Source: Vicugna vicugna (taxonomy: Eukaryota). From it: a stretch of 64,000 bases of DNA. The stretch is from positions 4,361,648-4,425,647 of the forward strand of contig MU058718.1 of NCBI GenBank assembly GCA_013265495.1, read 5' to 3'. A program made the translations under genes and the position numbers. Each line of letters starts with the position of its first letter. Positions within the stretch are counted from its first letter, which is position 1. Positions 1 to 41,900 of this stretch are shown here, in pieces. The notes under the pieces are model-generated. The model was not told the origin of the DNA and did no database searches. It was given only the letters and a program-made list of their open reading frames with translations.

Positions 1-110
1 AAAAGGAGGTAAGAATTCTGGTTTAGCTAAAAAACAGGAGTATGGTGGGAAAGGTGCTGACTGTAGCTGTACTCTTCTGGTTGGAGCCTTTGCTGACCAA
101 TAGGCTACAG

Positions 111-285
111 CAGTGGTTCTCAGTTTAGCATGCATCGGAATCACCTAGCGGGCTTGGTGAAATAGGATTCCTGCCTCCCCCTACCCCCAACACCATTTCT
201 GATGGTACAGGGCCTGGGAATTTGCATTTCTAATAAGTTTCCAGGTGATATTGATGCTGAATTGGGTACCACAGTATCTTTGAGT
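111..285. mobile_element. MER5A-like hAT-Charlie MITE
   Basis: CAGTGGTTCTCA...GAATCACCT...TTTGCATTTCTAATAAGTTTCCAGGTGAT. Confidence 0.75.
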
Positions 286-674
286 TCTTATTAAATGCTA
301 AATTACGTAAAGCTATTTCAGATGTTAAGATATATCACCCATCTCCACATTTAACTGTTGCATAAAAATGCCTCTTTCATGTCATATGTGAGCACACTGA
401 TGATAAGCAGTATAACTTAGTTGAAAAAGTATTGATTTTGCTTGGAAAACTTGGTTTGAAGTCCCAGATGCTGTTAAGGAGCCTACTAACCTTAGATAAA
501 TTATTTTTATGACCTATTTTTTTTTAACATATAAGATCAACTGATTCCTCTTGTATTTTAGAGTATTTTGAAGGTCAGGGGGATTGATACATATGGAAGT
601 ATTGTGAATATGAATATTGCTCTAAGGTTTATTAAATGTAAGATACTAAGAGGTATGTCAATTTTGTTTCACAG

Positions 675-31354
<30,680 letters not shown>

Positions 31355-32446
31355 CTGAAATGAAATCCTAAAATACTTGAGAAGAGCCAATTTTATAGCC
31401 TTTTGGAAGTTCCGAGATGAAAACATCATGTAACAAGACTTCCACATTTAAAAATGAACTAAACATTGCCTTGCTGTATTCACCAAAAGGACTTTATTCT
31501 TTTTTTTTTCCAGTTTTATAGGGAGGAAACTGTCTATGATAGGATTTCCTAAAATATTTGTGGACGGCTAAGTGCTAATTGTATACATCTGTAGTTATTC
31601 TACATTTTCCTGAAATTTGGGGGGTTAATATTAAGTATTCATTTCATGTTGTAAAGAAATCAAATAGTTAAGTGGCGCAACTGCTCAGACTATTCTTGGT
31701 AGTCCACTGTACATGATGTCTAATATATTGATTACTCACAGGCCAATCACAGGTTTCTTTTTCTGGTGGGGGTTGAGGGTGGTTAAACATTTAAGATTCC
31801 AAGTATTGGAATACTTGAAATACTTGGAAACCCTAAGTATTGAAGGAGTAGTACACGTCCTTCTGCTTTTACACTTACCAAAAAATATATTAGACCAGAT
31901 TTTAAATACAGATAATTTCCATGACTCAGCTTAAATAACATCTAGAAGAAATTGGTGTTGATCATTTTTATGTATTTATACACCTTTACTTTTCACTTTA
32001 ATTTATTCCTTGTAATCTCATTCAGCTCTGTACCATTTTCCACCTCTTGTAAATAGAAGTAGCATGTTACAGAGTATCTTAACCTGTTACATAATATCAT
32101 AAGGGCACTTTTAGGCTTACCACTATTAAGATTCCCGACCTAGCTTTCTTCTACTGTCTCCTACCAGAATGGAGTATAAAGTCATACATTATTTCCATTC
32201 TTTTATGCGCTACAAAACTTACTTTTTAAGTAGTTAGACAACAGCTGCCTTTAGTCAACATGAGCATTTGTCCCTGCCCCTACACCAAAGCATTAAGGTC
32301 AAAGTACTGAATGGCTGCTGGTCCTTCCAAGGTTTCTTTTACCAGCTTAGTCTTGTTAAGAATATTTTTCCATTTTAAATTAATGTTTAAAAATTTTTTT
32401 TATGTAGCCTACTGTTGTAAATACAACATGATAGACTACTCCTGCC

Positions 32447-32452
32447 ATTAAA
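32447..32452 (+). terminator. Candidate NEMF polyadenylation signal (ATTAAA)
   Basis: First ATTAAA/AATAAA-class hexamer on + after the NEMF stop; rarer variant hexamers occur earlier. Confidence 0.35.
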
Positions 32453-32621
32453 AGAAAAAAGAAATTAATGTCTTAAAATAACTTCATCATTTTGATAGTG
32501 GTAAGAATTAGTATAATATCTATCTTGATGTTACTAAATAGGAAACATATAACCATCCTTCAGGGTAAAAAGCCCAAGCATTAACTGTTTTAATAGAAGG
32601 CAGTTACTGGTGTTAAATACA

Positions 32622-32627
32622 TTTATT
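32622..32627 (-). terminator. KLHDC2 polyadenylation signal (AATAAA on -)
   Basis: TTTATT on +, about 165 nt after the KLHDC2 stop codon. Confidence 0.7.
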
Positions 32628-32790
32628 GTAAACTTTAGACACAAAAATAGGTTCTCTAGGCCATTCACATGCACATTAAAACCAAAAAGCTGCAAACTAC
32701 AACAATGCATATAATTATACAAATGATGTCACTTTGATGTTTACAGAATTGCTGTCCATGCAAGTGATCAGAGGCATTACTTATGAAGCC

Positions 32791-32914
32791 TTAAGATCCA
32801 GAAGTGTTGTTACTACCAAACCTCTGATTAACACTGTGAAGTAAGTGTTTCGGAAGGCAGTTCCATGAGTTGGCTAACATTTCTTTAAAGCAAATGACTG
32901 CTTCTAAGCTTAGC
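32791..32914 (-). CDS. KLHDC2: KLHDC2 exon 13 CDS: LSLEAVICFKEMLANSWNCLPKHLLHSVNQRFGSNNTSGS*
   Basis: tttcag acceptor; TAA at 32793-32791. Confidence 0.96.
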
Positions 32915-35900
32915 CTGAAAGTGGACAAAGAAAGAAAAATAGTTTCATTTTACTGTTTAAAGTACCTTTTTGTGTGTGTTGGGGGGGTAGTTCTTCAAGT
33001 GAATACAGTTCTAAAGATTTTCACAGGAACTCTGGATAGTTTTTATCAATGAAGGTTTGTTATTCCCCTTAAATTATCCACAAACCTGGTTTTTCAAGAG
33101 CACTAATTTAAAGTGTTTAAGAAACAATTTAAAATAATCTAAGCACCAAGTAAAAAGTTACTTACCTTACAAGAGATTTTGGTTGAACTGAAAATATAAG
33201 TATTTCATTACTGTGTGCCTAAAAAATAGATACGAAGAACACATTAAAAGTACTTCACAAGAAAGTTTCAGCAATATTATGAGGTGTCTTTTAATAAAGG
33301 GTAGTGTACTTACAGCTCTGTGATGGACAAGGAGGTTATTGGCACACCCACCAAAAACAATTACTTCTCCTTCATCACTGGCACAAGCTGTATGCCATAA
33401 TCTACATTTAAAACAAAAGCTTGAATTTGAAGTCACCCAAAACACCAAATTGATGAGATTTTAAAGACTAAAGATTTTTAGTGCAAACTAGAACATAATG
33501 GTGAGAAGCAATTTTCTCAAGGAAAAGTAGCAGAAGTTAGAAAAATCAGTTATCTTTTATCTAGATATTATAATTTTATCTCTCTGGTCCCTTCCTAATT
33601 TATGCAATGAGGGGTTTGAACTGAATGATCTATTCTCTAGGGCTTTGTTTGCAATAAATGTCTTACGGGAGATGAGTGGTATATGCCCTCTCCTTTCTGT
33701 TTTCATCGGCAGGGCCAACTGGCCTTACACAAAACATGTGAGGGATGCTGAATCTGCCTGAGTAAACCAAGTATCTTCAGGCTTGATAATTCTATAGATA
33801 GAATATTTGTGCCAAATGACATCTTAATGGCCTGACTGCACTTAGGTTAGAGGCTTGAGGGAAAATGCAAGCTGACATTATCTAAATGTGCTTTGAACAC
33901 CAATTTTGACATCATCTTTCCTTTAGCAGTCTCTGTAACAATTCTTTGAGGTTAACACAACAAATAACTACCAGTGTTTTAATAGGTTTTTCTGGATGAT
34001 TTGACTTAATCTTTGTTAATCTTTGTTATATAGCACAAATGCAAATCTGAAAGTTGTTTTTTTCCTCCATTAACATTCATTAGGATTTTGAAATGTCTCT
34101 TTTCCAGCTTTTTTAACGACAAACCTAGATGCAGTTCAACTCACTTGAGTAAAGAACTTGAGTATAAATTTTAAACATGTCCATTTTATGATGAAGCAAA
34201 AATCAAAATCCAGCACTATTTTTCACACACAGATAATGGAGAAGAAAGCACTGGTACTAGGATACACTGGTTTTCTTTTCTTTCAAAAAGTACAATGTTA
34301 AACCTTAGTGAATGCTAGGATTTTTACAAGAATGATGGATTGAATGCAGCCAGAATTTCCTCAGTCATTACCAACCTTGTACAGCTCTATAGACCTCATT
34401 CAGCATAAAGATTACCTTTTAAATAGTTCATACCTTGGTTTTTCAGCATAGGGATGATTAAATCGTATCCATTCATTTTTACTGATGCAGTAAGTCCAGG
34501 CATCACCTGAATGAAGCAAAGAGCGAGCTATGAAGTATGTTACTCTGTCAATGTGACATTGATATTTAAAGGGCACAGTTTTAACAAGAATGGTAATAAA
34601 TCAGATTTTGAGTAGGAACAGAAAGTATATTTCCCTTTTTTCTCTTCAATTTACTCAGTAAGCCCTCTGCATGTTACAGCCCTTTTGCAGGGCAGAGTGC
34701 TCCAGGTTATTTCTTTATTGGACCAATGGATGTATGTCATGTGAAAACAATTACAGGATCAAAATTAGTATCAAACCTTCTAACCAACCCTAGAGCCCTC
34801 TGATATGTCTAAAATACTCTTTTTTCAGCGACTTATATATGAATGATACATAGTAATTTCTTATGTTTTTAAAGGACTTACTTAGTGGCTGTTTATCAGT
34901 GGTGAATCCTCCAAAGAGAAAGAGATGATCTGAAGAAACTGGTGTTAGTGAGTGCCAAGATCGGCCAACTGGGCATATGCCTTGTGGAATTCTGAAAACA
35001 ATAGCTAAGTTACAATATCTATGTTTAAAAGCAGCTACTGTAATGCAGAGAAATACTGAAGTTTTCTTTATAAATTTGTATGGAATTTTGAAAAGAAACT
35101 TTAAAAAGGCTTCTTGGTATTAACAACTACATGCTTTAGAATGAACTATTTTCTTTGAAGGTAGAGTCAACTTTAGACCTTTTCTTGTCAACAAACATTG
35201 AGCACATGCTATGTGCCAGACATACACTTATGGGAACTGAAAATAAAAAAAATAAAATACCTTCTTTAGGATTTAGTGATGTTTACTTAAATTCACAGTT
35301 ACAGAAAATGTAAGCAAGTACATTACATACTAATAATAGAGAGTAAGGGGAAAATCCACTGTAATGTTTTTGAGAAACTTTTCTAAATAATTGTCTAAAG
35401 TGATACCTACAATTCATTCCACTCCCATGTATCCAGATTAAGATAGTGAAGATCATTCATTCTGGCATCCTAAAAAAGGATAATTACAAGTAGTTATCAT
35501 TTTGGGTATTTCAAAAGCAAATCATTGAAACTATTTACTCACTCGATATCTGCCTCCAAACACGAAGCCTTTGTTTCCAACAGTTGCACAGGCATGGGCA
35601 GCACGAGGTGAAGGTGCTTTACCCTAGCAAAGTCATGAAAGCAATTCAATAAATAAGTGAACTTTCTGTAAGTACCAGAAAGAGTCTTCTGGATGTAAGA
35701 TAAGAATATGCAAGACACTTGAGCTTTTAAGCTGCAGTACAGACATCTGGTTAAACAGCAGTACTGAAGGATGACTACGAAAACCAGGAATTTTAATTCT
35801 GGAGATGTACTACTGAATGGGCTAGTCCATATAACAAAATATTTGCCTGCTTACTTTTATCTTTTAAAATAAAACTAGCACATTATATGACTTCTGTGTT

Positions 35901-38900
35901 AGAGGAAAAAGAAATCTAATGTTTGAGTACCTTAAATTCCAGTCTAGCACCAGGTCATTTATTTAATTACAAACAGTACCACTTAACATCTGTTAGGTAA
36001 TAGATAATGGCTTAGTCTGTACATTCCTTACACTTCTCTGAGTTTTAGACTCCTTGGAGAATGATGAACTGTCAGTTGTACACTACCTGCCAACTCCCCT
36101 TCTTCTCTAAACAGTCTTGCTTTAATAATTCATTATTCTTTAGTAACTCACAGTAGTTACAGGCTGGCTCCAGATAAATGTTTCAGTGTCTAAAATATGT
36201 ACATGATCATTCCATCCTCTCGGATGACTTGAATTCTACAGAAAACAAATAATAAAAATCTGAGTTATTTTACAAATAATGTTTTGTAAAATCACTTAGC
36301 CTTTGTCTGGTTTATTAACAAGGCAAAATGAACAAAGCTAATAGCAAACATAAAATGTTATTATGTCAACAGACTAATAAGTAAGCCGTGTGCAAATATG
36401 AAACTTTACTTACCCAAAAAGACGATTCATCAAATTCAAAAGTTCCCAAAACTTTGTCTTCAGGTAAATATCCATACCCTCCAAAAAATATTAACCTGTT
36501 TGATAAAAACCAAGATACTAAAAACTCAACATCTACAAGAGATTTTTTTCTTATTTTGTCATATTCCATGAGTTGAGAAGGCACACGTGAGTATACCGAA
36601 ATACTTATTCAAATAATAATGGCTAATATGGCAAACAGTGTCTTAGGTGCAATGTTAAGTGCTCTGCCACTACACTTAGTCCTCATATGGGCCCTTGAAG
36701 GCATGTTCTGCAGTTACAGTGGTTATGAGCTAAGGCTACTTGAATGGCAAACCACTTTCCACATAAAACCCAAACCTATAGTGCTACTAACTCACTTGTT
36801 TTTATATACCCAGACACCAAGCTTGTCCTTTGATGACGGAGGAATTCCTTGGCAGTCAATTCTCTCCCATTGTAGCACTCTGTCTGTAGACCTTGAATCC
36901 AGCATGTAGAACTGTCAGAAGCAATGATTTCAGTTAGATTTTGTTATGTGAAAGAAATTCTGCCTTGGCATTTAGTTTTATTGTGATCTATGACAGTAAG
37001 AATGTCATCTATTTCAGTGCTAGTTAAAGTGTAACTGCAGACTGGCTGCCCGTCTGCAAACTGTTAACTGGTCTGAGTTTAGATAAGGAACTTCAGCCAG
37101 AACGTCAATTACAAAGTCACTGTGCATCCTGTTTATAGTTCAGCTTATTTTTTCCCATACATACCTTTTTGATGAAGGAGTAGAAGTGTGTTGATTTACA
37201 TTCTTGGCCTTAGATAGGTACTTTGAGTTGTACTGATCTAATTTATGGTATCAAGATGACATTAACCAAAAAATCAGCAATTCTGCTTTCAATTTCAGTT
37301 TAACAAACATGTCTTAAGTGCCTACTTAACTCTAGGAGCTAAGGATAAATCTTGTAAGATTAAGTATTCATCTTTCTTTCAAAGAGTTCATGTCCAGGTA
37401 CTTAAATAAATCTTATCTCTCTCTTTTTTTTTTTTTTTTTTTTTTTNNNNNNNNNNNNNNNNNNNNNNNNNNNNNNNNNNNNNNNNNNNNNNNNNNACTA
37501 CCGCCCCCCCCCACCCCCCAACAAAAGCCACAGCTTCTCTTTTTCCCAAGCTTCCTCATGTTGTGTCAAAATTACTTTTCTCTCCCTTGGCCCTGAAAAA
37601 TACATGGCTCAACTCCAGCCTACAGCAGTGCCTCAGAAAACCTTTTAGGCACATAATCCTTTCTTCAAACAAAATCTTAATCAAAAGCCTAAATATAAAA
37701 ATAAAAGTGGAGCTACACTTGTTAAAATGGAGGAGGAAGGGGCAGTCTGGAGCCTGCCTAACACCATTATGCTCCCCTCACAGGTGTCCCAAGGCATCTC
37801 AAAGAAATCCCTGGAGTTCCTAGGAGCACAGCATGAAATCTGAAACCATTTCAGCCACGTGCTCCACCTACACCAAACCACTTGGCATTTCCATGAATAA
37901 GACATATTTGCTTATATCTCTGCATCTTGGTCCCTAAACCTTAGCTATCCCTTCTAAGTGCATGATTCAATTCAAACACTGCCTCTTGGGTGAAGACTTT
38001 AATGTTTCTGTTCCTCTCTCTTACCACACACAATGGCAAGGATTCTTTTTCAGATTCATCAGTACTTACTGAGCTGTTACTATGAGCCAGACTCTGTTTA
38101 TCTCCTCCTCCTCCTCATGCTACTGAAGTCGTATTACATGTGTCCCTTCTAGAATGTAAGTTCCTAGCACTGGGGACTGTATCATTCATCTCTGTCTCCA
38201 ATGTCTAACCAAGTGCTCAGCATTAAGGTGCTTACTAAGTTGCCAAAGAAATGAATTGTTAAGAGTCAACCTATATCACATGCACCTTTCTGACTGATTT
38301 CATCTGTCTCTTTCTGGCCAAGAAAACTTGGTAACTTCTTCCTATTTGGGAAAAACACAGACAAAATCCAAACAACAATATCTTATGGTGCCATGTTCCA
38401 GGAATGTTAGTATATAAAATTTCATCAGCATTAATTTATCCTTCCAGCCTTTTGAGTGGTGGCCTGTTACTTTTACCCTGCCCCCAATGATTGCATTTTG
38501 TTTTCATGTAGTTAACTAATATTCATCTAACACTTCAGAGGTTTAAGAGAATAAGCAGCTTCAAAGAACACAAAAGAAAGCAACCTGGGGGAATGGGTAT
38601 AATACGCTCAGTCGTAGAGCACATGCTTAGCATGCATGAGGTCCTGGGCTCAATCCCCAGTACCTCCATAAAAAAAGAAAAAAGAAAAGAAAACCTAGAA
38701 GTTACTGTACACACCTTACAAAACCTCTGATTTTACAACCAAAGCTGATTTGGGAGGGGAGTCCTGGGTTCAATCCCCTGTACCTCCACTAAAAAAAAAA
38801 AAGTGAATAAAAAAAATTACAACCAAAGCTGATTTTACAAAAGACCTAGGTAAATACAGACTGGCAGACAAAACACTAAACTGCACATTCATACCATCAT

Positions 38901-41900
38901 CAAGTACATATATTTTTCAACTGGAACAGGAATAAGTATGGGCTAACTTTAGAAATCTGAAGATGTCTGAAAAAGAACGAAATTGCCTTGAACCATAATC
39001 CTTAGAAACACTAACCTTATTCGTATTGCCTCTTGAATGGTGTCCTCCAAACAAATACAGCACCCTGTCTACACACACAGCACAGCTTCCTGACATAGAA
39101 GGAGGAACATCACCTTCAGTGTTAATTTTTTTCCTGAGGGGGAAAAAATGAATGTAAATAAATTTCTCAAAAAGAAATGCAAAAATCTATTAGTTTTTCT
39201 TCTACTTCTATTCCCACAATAAAGGGGAAAAATAAAACCAGCAGGCTGAATAGGTTTGTCGAGGGTCTCTTCTGGCTCTAAAATTAGTTACAAGAACTCA
39301 CCCCTCTTCACCCATTCTGCAGTCTGAGCCGGCAGGTCTACACGTGGGCAGAATGGGAGGATCTAAAAGCCTACCTGTCATATTTTCTTATTCTAGGAGT
39401 AAACCATCTTATGTTTCTCAAACTAAATCGTTTGCTTTTTTGTTCACTTGGCCAAAAATAATCGTTTTGTTTTTGTTTTTGAGTGGACCAAGAACCCAAA
39501 ATGAAAAAAACTTCGGTATCCCAGCTGACAGATTAATAGGTGTCTTTAACTCAGTCACCTTTTAGCCATTCATATGAATCTGATTCAGACCTGATATAAG
39601 ACTGCAGACACTTAGGCGGTGCCTACTATAGGCCAGGCACTCCTCTGACTGCTCTTTACATGTTTTAACTCATTCTGAAGATAAAAGTGAATCTGAGTCA
39701 GAAAGCTAAGACTCCTAAGATTCAGAATATTAATTAACACTCAGGGTCTTTTGCTCACAGTATCACTTTATCTATGCTAAACTCTTAAGTTTTGACAGAC
39801 TAATATTTAAAAATTCCTCATGGGGCTGAATTGTTAAAAAAAAATGTAGAACTCCCCTTTAAAGGAATACTAGTATGAATTTCCAATTCTCTAGAAAAAG
39901 GTCATTAAACAGCTAGATTGACACTGATGGGCTACGTCTAAAAATAATCCTAATTTATTTTTAACTGAACTCTTGATCAAGACGGGCTACTATTCTCCTA
40001 GGTCTGAGGTCTATGATATGCTAAAATATGTAACACAGAAAGCTTTCACAAAGCAAACCATGGGGAAGACTACTTTATAAATCCCCCAAAATGGCCAACC
40101 CAATATTTTGAGAATCACATTAATTCTGCTAAGAACATACTCTTGAGTACTACTTTTATGAGATTGGCAAAAGGTGCTTTCAGAATATCCCCAGTTTTTA
40201 TGGAAGGCAAATTTAAGTCAACTGCAAAGAGATCTACATAGATATTTCAATATTAGAGTTCATTAAAATAGAACACTACCTTTATTTCTAGCAGATACAA
40301 TCTAGAAATTCTTTTCTCATTCAAGAGACTGCATAACAGAACATATAAAATCTTGAAAAAAATAAATATAGAACTTCTGTATTTCCATTCCAGAATCTGA
40401 AGCCTCTACATCTTTACTATTACTATAGTACTTCACTCAGCTCTGAACAGCAATTTTTTCAAAGGTCATAAAAGCATCTAGTAACTACTGAACTACTGCA
40501 GAGATGCTAAAGCAGCTAAGCTAAACTAGCAGAACACTGTTTTCAAAATATGTAGAGGCCTTAACCTCTTTAATTAAAGTATTTTTATTCATTAGAATGG
40601 GTTTTACAGAGTATGTTTTTGTTTGCAATTTATCTGGATTTTCATAATATCCACAGTTACCATCTTCCAGTTTCCATGTTGTAGATCCACAGTTCTTCTC
40701 TCGGCAGATAGAAGTCATATAATCCTCTAACTTGATTGCTCTAAAAAAAGCCAAAAAAAAAAAAAGCAAATATAAAAAATAATTGGTAAAGAGGCACCGC
40801 TGTATATTTTTTCATATCTATCTTTTTTGAGATACTGAGAGTATGAAAACTTAAATAGAGCTTAATAATTCTATCAAATGCACAACCCTCCCTGCCCCAA
40901 TGCCACATACTCAAGGTAATGGTTAATACAGACAGCCCTCAATTCAAACTTCTGATACAGCAGTTGAGGGAGGGTAGGGAGTTAAGAGATCTGAGGGAAA
41001 TCTCTAAGGCCGCTTTATCCCGAACAGTCCCTGCACCAAATTTCAGTTGCATGACTTTACAGGGGGCCTGCCATAGTGGGCAGGCTAAAAAAAGGTCTAC
41101 TTTGAAAGTACCTGATTCACACTAACATGTGATGTAGAGTTTTCTAGCCATTCTCCCCTTTCACCCATTCATTCTCTACTAAGAAGCAGAGAGGGCAGAA
41201 TTGCAAATATAAATTTTGTGCAAAATTTTAAGTTCCTTTTTCTGCTCCATTTCCCTTCAGGTAACAGGCTGAGCTTACCATATGAGCTAAGTGCTATCCA
41301 GAGCTTATTGTTTCATCCTCACAACAAACCTAAGAGATAGTTGGTATTACAAGAAAGTGGGTTTTTTAGACAGATGAGTAATTTGCCCAAGGTTCCCTAG
41401 CAAGTAATGGTGAAACTAGGATTCTAACCTTCTTTCCCTGAATTTGCAACTTCAACCATTGCCTGAATTCTCCAGCCTTTGAACCTCCCTAGCCACTTTC
41501 TGAACAAGGTCCACATACAGCAAACAATTACAGTTCACTGAGAATGGGTGCCAGAGTCTTAAAAGCTTGAGTATTATACAGACTAGAACAGCTGGCCACA
41601 AACATTTCTCTTTCCATTCCACCACTTTAGAAAAGGAAAGGCTGGAAGACAGTAGTAATCTACCCAAAGCAGATAAGCCTGGCCCAGGGAGGAAACCTGA
41701 CTTCTGAGCAGGAAGCTAAGGTTTACTGCCATCAGAACAATACCCAAGGGCTCCCCATTTTATGCTAACTCTTAGGGCTTCTAGCCAAAATGTGGAGGAT
41801 AGCCTGGTACCACAGCTTGCTTCACGGATCATGCTTCTCCAGTGTGCCTCAGCCCCAGGCATCCAGGCCCTCCAAGCTCACCTTCAGAAATCTTCCACTC

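Noticed and set aside
1..14. AG|GTAAGA at the window start as a NEMF donor
   Set aside because: The eight preceding bases do not match the expected upstream NEMF codons as I recall them; too little context
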